A stretch of 64,000 bases of DNA. Source: Anthoceros angustus. Lineage: Eukaryota; Plantae; Anthocerotophyta. Shown here piece by piece: positions 28,012 through 41,503 of the stretch. Each line of letters begins with the position of its first letter. Positions within the stretch are counted from its first letter, which is position 1. The DNA lies in NCBI GenBank assembly GCA_010909165.1, contig MU008170.1:1302001-1366000 (forward strand), read 5' to 3'. The notes beneath the pieces were generated by a model that did not search any database, was not told the DNA's origin, and saw only the letters and a program-made list of their open reading frames with translations. The position numbers and the translations under genes were made by a program.

Positions 28012-31000
28012 TGCCACGGCCAGCTATCGCCGTGAGCCGCCGAGTGAAGAGCTCAACGAAAGGAATTTGGACACCGATCGGTCCGGATGAGGCCGCGGCA
28101 TACGAGTAATTGCCGCAGCAGAGCACGCATAGGGCATGCCTAGGACATAGCCGCTAGAGCTAGACGAAGGAAACAAGGTTAGAACTAGAGGTTAGACTAA
28201 GCAGGATTAAGCTAACCCCAGTTAGTCACTACCCATCCAGTAGTTAAGTTAGCTCAGGTAAAGAAACGGTCGGAACCCGGGACGCGGGGGGTACAAGAAC
28301 CAAGTGCTCCCATAATCAAACTCTCTCGATTCCTGCATGCTAGCTTCTTCGCTCCTAGGGGTTGGACCCCCAAGCCCACAAGATGTCTGGGCGCATCTCC
28401 GCTTACATCTTGTATCAGAGCGGGTCGATCAGGCAGGAGACATGACTCCAGCAAATCGCTAGATCTTTGATTGGATTTGTGCCAACTGGTACAGAAGCTC
28501 ATGACGGACGGTCCAGGAGGGAGGAGCGATCACTAGAGCGGGAGCGTGGTCATTCGGGGAAGATGGGAAGCGCGCTAGGAAGGTGCAAGGAAAAAGAAGG
28601 CAAGAAGCGAAACAGCTTTAGTGGAGCACGAAGGATCAAGAATGTAGAGCTGAACGGAGCAATGCCGTTCGAGCTGGCAAACGCTCCCATCATGGTGCAA
28701 AAATGTGTGCTAGCTGCGCTTGTAGAGAAGGATGAGAAAGCGCAAGTGCGCCAAGGCCAGAGGATTTGAGCTCAAGGAGATTTGTCACCTTGCAGTCGTG
28801 AGGTCTTGGACCCAAGATGATGCAAGAGGCATTTTGATGCTTCAGGCTCTTGTCACCTTGCAGTCGTGAGGTCTTGGACCCAAGATGATGCAAGAGGCAT
28901 TTTGATGCTTTAGGCTCTTGTCACCTTGCAGTCGTGAGGTCTTGGACCCAAGATGATGCAAGAGGCATTTTGATGCTTCAGGCTCTTGTCACCTTGCAGT
29001 CGTGAGGTCTTGGACCCAAGATGATGCAAGAGGCATTTTGATGCTCTTGTCACCTTGCGATGTGAGGTCTTGGACCCAAGATGCAAGAGGCGTTTTGACG
29101 CTTCAGGTTCTTGTGTTTCTTGATGCATAGTTGCGAGATTGAACAATCTCGAGCGAAGTGAGAAGTGTGCTCATGCTCAAGAACGCTTCATCGATCCGCT
29201 CCAGCGGATCTTGGACCGATTGTGGAGGAGTGCGAATCAGAAGAATCACCGGCCGCTTTCGATTATCAAGGTCCCAGTCGCGAGCTCTCACGGGCATGAG
29301 TGCGAGCCGCTTGGCGCGCCGATCGTGGCTTCCTAGAGCCGCAACAGAAGTTGAAAGCCCGAACCAGGCTGATTTATCGAGCTTGAGCCTCAGCAGGCGG
29401 ATTCTGTAAAGCCATCCCGCAAGACTCACCAAAAGGATCCGATTCCAATCCACGGCCGCGCTTTGTTCTAATTCGCTCAGCCTGATTTCAAGCGATCTGA
29501 CCATTCCTCGGCAGATCCTGCAGGCCACACACGAAAAAGGCTTGCCAGTGAGGAACGCGATGAGTTTTCATACTAAGCAAGGCTAGTCACTTGCACTGAA
29601 GTGATCGGCAAAACACATTGACTAGTCAATGGAATAGCGGCGAGCGTGAACATCATGAAGTCTTGTTAGGGCGAGATTGGCTATGGCGGCTTGACCAAAT
29701 ATCATTCGAGGCATGAAATGACGTTGGTGGAAAGGAGAGGTGGCGGTCAAGGGCTCTCACCAACGTCCAGGCATCAAGCTCTTTTCAGCCAGATCTGCAA
29801 GGAAGGCCATCAAAGCTGGAACGTTGGAGTATACTGCCTTCTTGTTCAACTGCCAAAACGTAGAGCAAGAGCCTACAAGCCTGCACAAGAAGCGGATGTA
29901 CAAACCACCCAGTCAGATCAAAGGAGAGAACGTGGAACCCCACGAGCTGAAGGAAATCTTGGAGCAGTTCAAAGACGTTTTTGAGGAGACACAAGGATTG
30001 CCACCAAGATGTGATGTGGATCATGCAATCGATCTCATCCCTGTAGCCAAACCTGTGGCCCGTCCGCCCTATAGACTAGCACCACCAGAGAACTTCGGTG
30101 CAGATGGGCGACCTTTTGAAGAAAGGCCTCATAGAGGAGTCTGTGTCCCCATACGCAGCTCCAGTGCTGATTGTCAAGCACAAGAAAGGCAAAGTGCGCA
30201 TGTGCATAGACTACCGAGGGTTGAACGCTTCCACAGTGAAGAATCGGTTTCAGATGCCGCGCATCGAAGAAATATTGGATAATCTTGTCGGAGCCCAGGT
30301 GTTTAGCAAGGTGGATCTGCAGAGTGGGTTCCATCAAATCCGCATCAAGGCCGGGGACGAATTCAGATCCGCCTTCAGAACACGGTACGGGCACTATCAA
30401 TTCATTGTCTTGCCTTTTGGTATGACCAATGCCCCTGCAAGCTTGACAACTTTGATGACCAAGATTTTGAGGCCGTACCTGGGCAAGTTCGTGGAAGTAT
30501 TCGTGGACGATATTCTGGTGTACTCCGCCAATGCTGCAGACCACAAACAGCACCTCACATTAGTCTTGTGACTTTGAGAGAGAATGTTTTTGCTAGAAGA
30601 AAGAAGTGTGAATTCTTTAGCAGCAAGGTGCATTATCTGGGCTTCATAATATCTGCTGCTGGTGTAGAAGTTGACCCCGAGAAGGTGCAAGCTATTCAGG
30701 ATTGGCCTTTGCGAATCTCACGAGATCGGTTCCTGGGCATGTGTGTGCAAATGAAGTCCTTCATACCTCAATATGCAAAGGCGGCCGTTCCACGGCCGAC
30801 TGACATGCAAGCTTGCAAAATTCCCCATGTCGTGACAATGAGGCGATGAAACTTGAAAGAGGCAATTGCGTCTGCAGCTGTTCTTACATTGCCAGATATG
30901 AAGAAGCCATTCGTCGTGAGAATAGACGCTTCAGACTTTGCATTAGGAGCAGTCCTGCAGCAAGAAGGCATCGATTACTTGTCCAGAAATTGCAAGGGCG

Positions 31001-34000
31001 AGCTCAACTACACCACACACGACAAGGAGCTCCTAGCAGTGGTGTATGCATTAAAAGCTTGGAGACATTACCTACATGGGAGAGAGTTCGTTGTGTACAC
31101 GGATCACGCGGAGCATTTTACAAGCAGCCCTTGCTCAACCCTCGACAAAGGAGATGGGCGAATTCTGGACTTCCACATGACAATCTCATATTGCCGGGCA
31201 AAGCCAATTTGATTGCGAGATGCTTTGGCGGTAGCAGATGCAACGTAATCTTTTAGTAAGTCGAGACACATGGAGGCGGTTCGGAGAACACTCCAGATGA
31301 GTATCTAAGTGATGTGTTGACAAAGCTAGAAGGCGATCTCATCACGTAGGCCCACAACTCGGCGACAAGTTCAAGGTGCACCAAGGGTGCTTATGCAGAA
31401 AAAGGCAAGTTGTGCATACACATAGGCATGCGACCTCAAACAGGCTCTTTTGCATGATGCGCACGACGCTCCCACCGCCGGACACATGGGAATAGATAAG
31501 TCTTATCAGAGCCTCAAAAAGCATGTGTGGTGGAAACAAATTAGGACTGAATGTGTCAAGCATGTGAAGGAGTGCCTACCATGTCGAGACCAAGTTCGAA
31601 CGCAAGCCACTGGCGTCTCATGCCACTCAAGTTCGAGATGAAATGGCAAAGCATGGCTTGCGACTTTGTCACCGCTTGCCCAAGACCAAGAAGGGACATG
31701 ATGCCATCTGGGTCTGCATCGATAGGGTCACCAAGCTAGCTCATTTTATTCTTGTGAAGGGAAGCATCAAAGCCAAACAGCTAGCACCAATCTTCATCAA
31801 AGAAGTGGTCAATTGCATGGAGTGCCCCAAGAGATCATATCAGAAAGAGATTCGAAGTTCACTTCTAAGTTCTGGTCTACTGCAAGACACTTGGAATCAA
31901 GCAAGGGATGAGCACTGCATATCATGCACAGACTGATGGAGCAAGTGAGAAGATGAACCAAACAATGGAAGATTTGCTTAGGCCCCTCATCGACAAGCAA
32001 GGAAGTTGGGAAGACATGCTACCACTGGTGGAATTCGCTTACAACTCAGCAAGACACTGTACGACGGGATACTCTCCTTTCAAGATGACCTACGGCTGCA
32101 ACATTCCGCCGCCTGGACTTTGGCCCGTGTTGCAGGGAGTTCCGAAAGCCATAACTGAGCTTAGCGAAGAAATGCGAGAAACCCTTGCAGATGCTGTCCA
32201 ACGAATGAGAGCCATCAACCAGCAGAGGTCGACACATGCAAACAAAAAACGGCGAGATGAGCAACATGAAGTCGGCGGGTGTGTGGTTAAAGTCTTGTAT
32301 TCTAAGCTACAAGAGGGCAAAGCCAAGGCATCCTCTGGTGTGGGCCCGTTTTGTGTCACAAGGAAAATTTCACATGGCGTATCGACGACATGCACGCTAG
32401 TTGGCGCATCTGCATGAGCTTCCACGTTTCCTTGCTAAAGAGGTTTGTGGGTGCTGCCCCAACCCAAAGATCTTTTAGGCGACCCGGGGCGGAGAAGTGA
32501 GGCAAATCAAGCTAGAGTTCCAGGCAGGCGAGTCGGATGCAACCTCCAAGAGCTCGTAGCTCTGAGCAAGAAGGGGAGGATGCGGGCCGGACACAAGCCC
32601 AGACCCAGGAGTTTCAAAATTGGCGACAAGCTAATCGCGGCCAGCTAATGCAGGAGTGAGGCGGTGCGTGGAAGAAGCATCAAGGAGTACCCGGTCACCG
32701 GGAGAGCAACCACGGAGAAGAACCCATGGGAGACTCGGGGCTTTCGTTGATATGTTCCGACATTTGAACAAGTCGAAGAGCGTGGCGAAGAGCAATGTCT
32801 TCATAGTCCCATTCGGAGGAAGGGATGATGCCACGACTATCGCCGTGAGCCGGGAAGAGCATCGCTTACTTGTCCAGAAATTGCAAGGGCGAGCTCAACT
32901 ACACCACACACGACAAGGAGCTCCTAGCAGTGGTGTATGCATTAAAAGCTTGGAGACATTACCTGCATGGGAGAGAGTTCGTTGTGTACACGGATCACAC
33001 AGTCTAGAGCATTTTTACAAGCAGCCCTTGCTCAACCCTCGACAAAGGAGATGGGCCGAATTTTTAGCAGACTTCCACATGACAATCTCATAATGCCCGG
33101 GCAAAGCCAATTTGATTGCAGATGCTTTGAGCAGGCGCAGATGCAACGTAATGCTGAAAGTAGAGTCAGACACCTGGAGAGCAGTTCGGGAGAACACTCC
33201 GCAAGATGAGTATCTAAGTGATGTGTTGACAAAGCTAGAAGGCGCCTCATCACGTAGGCCCACAACTCGGACAGTTCAAGGTGCACCAAGGGTGCTTGTA
33301 CAGAAAAGGCAAATTGTGCATACCTGCAAACTGTGTCGACCTCAAACAGTTTCTTTTGCATGATGCGCACGACGCCCCACGGACACATGGGAATAGATAA
33401 GTCTTATCGAGCCTCAAAAGCATGTGTGGTGGAAACAAATGAGGATGTGTCAAGCATGTGAAGGAGTGCCTACCATGTCGAGACCAAGTTCGAACGCCAC
33501 ACCGGGTCCGCTCATGCCACTCCAAGTTCCAGAGATGAAATGGCAAAGCATGGCTTGCGACTTTGTCACCTGCTTGCCCAAGACCAAGAAGGGACATGAT
33601 GCCATCTGGGTCTGCATCGATAGGGTCACCAAGCTAGCTCATTTTATTCTTGTGAAGGGAAGCATCAAAGCCAAACAGCTAGCACCAATCTTCATCAAAG
33701 AAGTGGTCAAATTGCATGGAGTGCCCCAAGAGATCATATCAGAAAGAGATTCGAAGTTCACTTCTAAGTTCTGGTCTACCTTTTGCAAGACACTTGGAAT
33801 CAAGCAAGGGATGAGCACTGCATATCATGCACAGACTGATGGAGCAAGTGAGAAGATGAACCAAACAATGGAAGATTTGCTTAGGCCCTACTGACACGAC
33901 AAGCAAGGAAGCTGGGAAGACATGCTACCACTGGTGGAATTCGCCTACAACTCAGCAAGACACTGTATGACGGGATACTCTCCTTTCAAGATGACCTACG

Positions 34001-35104
34001 GCTGCAACATTACGCACCGGACTCGCCCGTGTTGCGTGGAGTTCGAAAGCCATAATCGAGCTTAAGAAATGCGAAACCCTTGCGCGGCCTCCCGAATGAG
34101 AGCCATCAACCAGAGAGGTCGACACATGCAAACAAAAATGGCGAGATGAGCGGCATGAAGTCGGCGGGTGTGTGGTTAAAGTCTTGTATTCTAAGCTACA
34201 AGAGGGCAAAGCCAAGGCATCCTCTGGTGTGGGCCCGTTTTGTGTCACAAGGAAAATTTCACATGGCGTATCGACGACATGCACGCTAGTTGGCGCATCT
34301 GCATGAGCTTCCACGTTTCCTTGCTAAAGAGGTTTGTGGGTGCTGCCCCAACCCAAAGATCTTTTAGGCGACCCGGGGCGGAGAAGTGAGGCAAATCAAG
34401 CTAGAGTTCCAGGCAGGCGAGTCGGATGCAACCTCCAAGAGCTCGTAGCTCTGAGCAAAGAAGGGGAGGATGCGGGCCGGACACAAGCCCAGACCCAGGA
34501 GTTTCAAAATTGGCGACAAGCTAATCGCGGCCAGCTAATGCAGGAGTGAGGCGGTGCGTGGAAGAAGCATCAAGGAGTACCTGGTCAGCTGGGAGAGCAA
34601 CCACGGAGAAGAACCCAGCTGGGAGACTCAGGCTTTCGTTGATATGTTCCGACATTTGAACAAGTCTGAAGAACGTGACGAAGAGCAATGTCTTCATAGT
34701 CCCATTCGGAGGAAGGGATGATGCCACGACTATCGCCGTGAGCCGGGAAGAGCAGCTCAACGAAGGGCTGGACACTGATCGGCGTCCGGATGAGGCTGGC
34801 ATACGGTAATGGCATGAGCCTGGCGTAGGGCATGCCTGGGACATAGCCGCTAGAGCTAGGCAGAGGAAACAAGGTTAGAACTAGAGGTTAGACTAAGCAG
34901 GATTAAGCTAACCCCAGTTAGTCACTAACCCATCCAGTAGTTAAGTTAGCTCAGGTAAAGAAACGGTCAGAACCCGGGACGCGGGGGGTACAAGAACCAA
35001 GTGCTCCCATAATCAGACTCTCTCGATTCCTGCATGCTAGCTTCTTTGCTCCTAGGGGTCGGACCCCCAAGCCCGCGAGATGTCTGGGCGCATCTCCGCT
35101 TACA
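28012..35104 (+). mobile_element. Ty3/Gypsy chromovirus with both LTRs, no recognisable gag, and an internal ~1.9-kb duplication
   Basis: LTRs 28012-28407 and 34722-35104 (TGCCAC..TTACA); TSD GTCTC at 28007-28011 and 35105-35109; PBS-like TTGTATCAGAGC at 28410-28421; PPT before 34722. RT FVDDILVYS at 30098-30571, RNase H, integrase (GHMGIDKS, CDFVT), chromodomain KEYLVSWESNHGEEPSWE. Confidence 0.95.
28783..29110. repeat. 68-bp tandem repeat x5 in the Gypsy leader
   Basis: Units start at 28783, 28851, 28919, 28987, 29048. Confidence 0.92.
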
Positions 35105-35667
35105 GTCTCGCTCCGTCGCATCAATGGCCCGATGATGATCATAAGCCAACAAAAAGTCCCAAGTAGTCCGGAACCGCTTTCATAAGATTCTATCCCAAGC
35201 CTCAAAGCTAGTGTGGAAGGTCGTTCAAAGCCCACTCTATAGAGGTCCATTGATACGAGTTCAAGAACTTCTAAGTTGTTTGAACTAGGTTAAGTATGTA
35301 TTACAACCTAGATTGGAAATGAAATGATCCATCAACCCAATATATTTATTGTTTCCTTCTACAAGCTATTAAATAACAAGGTCCACAGTTTCACTTGTAA
35401 TAACCCTGACATTTCAATTACAATGGCCAGTTAAAGTGCGATCCATATTGTTAATAGAATTTTGAATACTCAAAGAAGTTAGAACTCACGTCGAGATGTT
35501 TTACTCTTGGGAAACCAAGTTGCCCCTAGTGCAAACAAGGAAGAAAAAAGCTAAATGGTAAGCATCTTGCGCTGCCGGGAGTGGATGCCCTTGCTGGTAG
35601 TAGCTTAGGCACACCATAGTACAAGTTGTCAAAGTACAAGTCCCATGGCGAAACGCCCCGAGTCACG

Positions 35668-35868
35668 GGTCATTACATCCCAACTTCTTGTTTAAATTTC
35701 TATGGCCTAACGATCAGATATCTATCATGGGAGGGGCATAGGTGGGTAGGTTAGTTGGTGTTGAGTTCCCTCGGTAGCAGAAGGGCAGCTAATTTGGATA
35801 TTTGGAATGGGGGCAGGCTGCCGGGATTGTTGCCAAAATCAAAAACAAGAGGAGGAAAAGAGGGGGCA
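35668..35868 (+). pseudogene. Second duplicated MCCB fragment (exon 8 end, intron 8, exon 9)
   Basis: Matches 61800-61996; intron ttgagttccctcggtagcagaagggcagctaa is nearly identical to the gene. Confidence 0.9.
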
Positions 35869-38385
35869 CCTACACCGCCGTCTCTTCACACAATCTTGAT
35901 TCGTTGCACCGCCGAGTTATGTTGTGACGATCCAGATTGGACCGCGGTTGGAAGAACCACCTTGGGCCGAGTGCGTAGCGTTGGATGGAAATTGGATCCA
36001 AAAGAGTGCGAAGGGCTAGAACTACAAAGCTACAAAGTAGGTGAGAAGCTTAATTAAGCCCCGGACATAGCATCAACTCTAATAGGATCAAACATCGAAG
36101 GGGCCAAGCGACAGTCTTAAGTTTGCTCGAATGTTTACTTTTTATAGAATGCTTAATTGTTTTAGAGTGCTCAAGTTTTTTAGAGTGCTTAAGTTTTTTT
36201 GGGTGCTTAAGTTTTTTAGAGTGCTTAATATTTTTAAAGTGCTTAAGTTTCTTAGAGTGCTTGATTTTTTTAGAGTGCTTTATTTTATTTTAGAGTGATT
36301 AAGTATTTTAGAATACTTAATATTTTAAGAGTATTTCAATTTTTTAGAGTGCTTAACCTTTGTTAGAGTGTATTTTAATTGAAGTATAGGAGAGCATAAC
36401 ATAGCAAGCTAACACTAATAGGGAGCGAAACGTCTATGCCTTTTTCATATGTATCAAATACAAACTTAGCTCCGTATTCATGCAATTCCAAATCTATACG
36501 TAATGGCTTTGTGATCTTTGGAAGGGATGCTTGTCTCATCATTGACTCTATGCCTTTTTTTCATATGTATCAAATACAAACTTAGCTATGTATTCCTCAA
36601 GTCCAAATTGGTATTGGCTTTGTGCCCTTTATAAGAGATTGGTTGCCTCATCACATGCTCTATGTCTTTTCATATATATCAAATACAAACTTAGCTATGT
36701 ATTCACTCAAGTCCAAATTGGTATTGGCTTTGTGCCCTTTGCAAGAGATGGTTGCCTCATCCTATGCTATGCCTTTTTCATATTTATCAAATACAAACTT
36801 AGCTCGTGATTCATGCAGCCAAATTAGTAATGGCTTTGTGCCCTTTGAAAGAGATGGTTGCCTCATCATATCCTCTATGCCTTTTCATATGTATCAAATA
36901 CAAACTTAGCTCGTATTCATGCGGTCGAAAGCGGAATCAAGGCGCCTGCCAGTAAAGGCCAAACTACGGCGAGCGCTGAACTATCGGCGCTTTTCGTGAT
37001 CAAACTACCGGAGTCTGGACTACCGCGCTACTTATCCGACACATAGGGCGGAGTGCCGGACACTACAGCCAAAAGCCTCGTTTTAAACCTAATACATTGC
37101 GTAGTAAGCTTATGACAATTTCATAAATGCATCAATAATCATGAGTTGTGAGTATGAACCCGCTCTCATCACTTGTAAAGACCAATATTGACCATTTTGA
37201 AAATGTTCTATGATATAGAGCATATGATGAGGCGATCATCTCTTTCAAAGGGTACAAAGTCTCAGGTAGTCCACCGCATTGCTCACATGATATGAAAGTA
37301 GGTTAATACTCTCAAGTCATGAGTACTAATGCATATATAACATTGTCACAAGTACTCAAACTTACTTTGCAACACTTGGGTGAGCGTTAGTTTGCAACTC
37401 TTGAGCATGTTACTCTTCAACTCTTCAGAGATATTGCTATTCAATTATGATGTTTTTAGCGAGGAGGCGACAACTTCATAGATAGTGAATAGCTTACAGC
37501 AGAAGCTTTATACAAGGGCGAAAGAAAGAAACTTAGCATGAGACCCGGAGATCGCCAACCCGATCCTGTGCTAAACCAAAAACCCTAGCTTTGAGCAAAT
37601 CGAAGGAAAATTATTATGCCCCATCACGGGCCCAAGCCCCGGATAAACCAAAAGCCTCTAGCCCTAAGAAAATACAAAAACATATTACGCCCCATCACGG
37701 GGCCAAGTGCTGACTCGAGGCCAAATCTAGGGCCGCTCCACCCGATCCTAGAAAGTCTCTAAGCCAACAAGTTTTTCTTGTTGAGTCTTCCATTGTGACA
37801 TCCCTTCATGTATTCCTTTGCTTTGCGCCACGAGAAGTCGTGGCGTGTTGTTCTTTTCGTCGTTGATTGCAAGTATCAAATACAAAATATCAATCAACTA
37901 TGCTTTTATTTGATCAAAAGTAATGTGCTAAAAGATAAGTACACTAATACTTTACCTCTCGATTTCATGCCTTTTTCATATGTCTCAAATACAAACTTAG
38001 CTCCGTATTCACGCAAGTCAAAATTTGTAATGGCTTTGTGCCCTTTACAAGAGATGGTTGCCTCATCATATGCTCTACATCATCAAACATTTTCAAAATG
38101 GTCAATATTGTTTTCACAAGTGACGGAGTAGGTTAATATTCACAAGTCATGATTATGAATGCATTTATAAAATTCTCACAACCTTAGTACACAATAGATG
38201 GAATTGGGTGAATACTGAGCTATGAGTACTAATTAATGCATTTATGAAATTGTCACAAGTACATAGACTATGTATACTAATTAATGCTTTTATGAAATCA
38301 TCATATGTACATAGACCATGAGTACTAATTAATGCATTTATGAAATTGTCACAAATACATAGAAACAATTACAATTTTCACATAC

Positions 38386-39538
38386 CTTGCATCCTCCTAC
38401 ATCATGTAAACCCAAAGAAATTGAGCTGTCTCATTATCAATAAGATTCGTTAATCGAAATAGCACATCCTCAAGAAGTACAATGTAACCATAACGTGATA
38501 AAATATCCGGCTAAAATTGAGACATGACAAAATATCTGACTAAAATTAAGACATGATAAAATATTCGGCTAAAATTAAGATATGATAAAATATCCAGCTA
38601 AAATGAAGACACTTTATTTCATACTTCTTTTGGCTTGACGCTTGGATCTTGTAATCCGCCTCCATTGGGCGTGATTCCTATCCCAAGATGTTCCAAAGAA
38701 TGTGGATTCGGATTACGTTTCGCCATACACCTCACCCATTCAAGGAACTCATCCTTTTCCATCCTTCCAATCAGAAGAATGATATTTTTAATTCATATTT
38801 TTAATTAAAATAAATCAATATAAAAATGTACTAATTCAATACCAGGTCAAGACAATCTCGATATGTATGAAGGTTGAAATTCAAACGATGAACATATGGA
38901 AGACCTTCAAATTTGATAACTCCACGATCAAAATTTTTGTAAAACCAAAAAACATTTTAGTTCCCTTTCCAGTAAAACAATATTGACTACCTCTACCATG
39001 CCACAAAAATTATAGGGTCCTGATAAACAGACCGCACGGCTTCAATCTCAGCGTGACTCGTGCCTGTGAACAAATGTAAAAAGACAATGTTAATAAATCT
39101 AGATCCGCAAAAAGTTATTAGTTCACACCTTAGATCATTACATTGACAACTTACCAAGATATTGTTGTTTTCCAGCTTTTCCACTTTTTTGTGCTTTTCT
39201 TTTTCGAGATGTTCCTTGAAGATCCTTCTTTGCACTTTCCCTGAATACAAGCAAAGGATCATCAATATTTAGCAAACCTATCCAAAAAACCAACAAAACC
39301 CGTGCAGAGTTTTGTGGGTAATGTATGACTCACCAAATGTGTGACTCCCAGCGGTTGGTATGGCGGTAGAAATTTACACCATGATACTTAGATGCCTTTT
39401 TTTTTCTCTTGTGTCTTCAACTTTCTTCTCAAGGGTAAAATCAAATTCCCCAAGCATAATTAGTGTTGTATTGCTTCGAATCCAATTCCGATCTACAATA
39501 GCATATTCTAGAAATATCGACAGAAATGCCTCGGTGCG
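38386..39538 (-). pseudogene. 5'-truncated AP2-like gene, copy C
   Basis: ASKYHGVNFYRHTNRWESHIW|...GKQQYLG|TSHAEIEAVR|NFDRGVIKF; one acceptor mutated (cag>caa); cut off by Copia sequence at ~39538. Confidence 0.8.
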
Positions 39539-40082
39539 GTACCTCAAGGGTACTCATAACTATGGTCTCTGCTACTAGCCTAGTGGCAAAAGAAGTTTAC
39601 AATTGACTTGCTATGTCGATGCAGATTGGGCTTCCAATGCAGACACCCGAAAGAGTCTATCGGCTTATTGCTTCCTCGCCGCCTCCACTGTTGTAAATTG
39701 GTCTTGTAGGAAACAAGCCTCTATATCTTTATCTTCCACAGAAGCCACAAAGGAGGCTGAATGGGAAAGGAAGTTATGCGAAGACTTGGGTATGCGACAA
39801 GCAAGACCTACCCTTATTAACTGTGATAATATGTCAGCCATCGCTCTGGTTTCTAACCCTGTGTTTCACGCCCGCACTAAGCACATTGAGGTTCAACATC
39901 ATTATGTTAGAGATGCTGCTGAGAGGGGCTTGGTGAAGATACAGTATGTATCAACAGATGATAATGCGGCCGATGTTCTGACGAAGTCTTTGCCCAAGTT
40001 TAAACACTATTTCCACATAGAAGGGCGTAGACTTGTAGATTGTAGTAGCTATGTGACGCTAGACAAATCACTCATTTGGTGA
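39539..40082 (+). mobile_element. Copia RNase H fragment
   Basis: CYVDADWAS...WSCRKQASISLSSTEA...INCDNMSAI...HARTKHIEVQHHYVRD...AADVLTKSL. Confidence 0.9.
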
Positions 40083-40680
40083 GGCTTTCCATGCTTGTTC
40101 CTTCATCTACGAAGATAGCTAAATTTGAAGACTTGCTTCTGCTCTAGTCATGACGGTGCTCTCATGCATGAGATACTTGTGACAACAGAATGCCAGTGCG
40201 ACTAGAAGATGTGACAAATGTCAAGATGGTAGCCTTCATTGGAGGTTTCTTTTAGTAGTGATCTACTTTTTCTTAGTTTGCCTGCTTGCGACAGTGTCTT
40301 AATGGAGAGTTAGAAATAATAGCAGACCACGTTGGTTATGTACCAATCTGGTTAGTCAGCTAGACCTAGCAGTTAGTATAGGTAGTTAGCTAGGCTAGCG
40401 AAAGGACACATCCCTTACGAGACCACCTATAAAGCCCACCTATGAACACACTTGATTCATTGTTAATATAGCATCTTTGCTTAAGATGCTTCCGCATGCA
40501 ATTCTAACTGCGATCGGAGCTAGTGAACTGCCAAGCCGTGGTGAGGACAAAGAAGCTATCCGGAAGCTGGTAGTCAAGCTCCTACCTGGTGAGAAGGATA
40601 ATAAGGATATCCGTGAGTCAGAATAACCAATTTGTTCATTATGAACGTAGGAGAACCAAAAGGGTAGGATTACCTTAGAG

Positions 40681-41490
40681 TTGGAAGAAGGTGAAGAAAC
40701 GATGTTCAAGCCCAGAGCGCAACTGGACAAGGAGTTGCAAAGGAAGATCAAAACCAGCATGTTTAACGACAGCGCCAAGGATGCACAAAGTGTGCATGAC
40801 TGGTTGGACAAGATGGCCAGTGAGAAGGACGACCTTCAAAAAATTCAGTTCCGTGTTATGAGCTTTGAAGGGTACACTTACTAGTGGTGGCGCCAATGGG
40901 AGAAGCAAGTAGACCTAGGGATGGAACCCTCCGTTTACTCTTGGGGTGTCTTCAAACAGTTATTTCACCAACAATTCTTGCTAGTGAACCACCGTAAGGA
41001 GTTATACCACCAGTTCAGAACCATCTTCCAGCAAGGAACTGTACAGGACTACTCTAACAACTTCCTCCAGCTCACCTTGGACATGCCACACCTCGATGAG
41101 GAGCAAAAATTCGAGAAGTTCATCGATGGTCTGAAGTTCGAGATGAGGGCCGACGTCTATCAAACCAATCCAAGCACCCTAGGTGAGGCCATGAAAGCTG
41201 CGATTAACTACGGTACTAATAAGTACAAACATCTGGAGTCTGCAGGAGCTTTCAAATCCAAGTGGGTAATAACAGCCAATGCTACGGATAAGAAGCTGGT
41301 GTTCAAGATAATCACCGACGAAGAGAAACAGCACTATCACGAGAAGCGCGTATGCTTCATGTGTATGTCCACCGAACATGGTTCCGGAGTCTGTTCTTTT
41401 CGCAGGGATTTTATTACTTGGTTGAAAGAAACTGGTAAGACTACCATGAGCTCAGCTAACACACCAGCCCCTACAAAAAGCGGACATTCA
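40681..41490 (+). mobile_element. Gypsy gag fragment
   Basis: Retrotransposon gag-like WGVFKQLFHQQF...QQGTVQDYSNNF...FIDGLK plus Zn knuckle CFMCMSTEHGSGVC; one in-frame stop at 40882. Confidence 0.8.
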
Positions 41491-41503
41491 GTTCAGACTG
41501 AAG

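Larger units (their letters stand above)
35300..39538. repeat. Copy C of the AT-rich composite module
   Basis: Colinear with 12950-17568; ~240-bp deletion at 35868; contains the 20-, 110-, 48- and 29-bp arrays. Confidence 0.9.
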
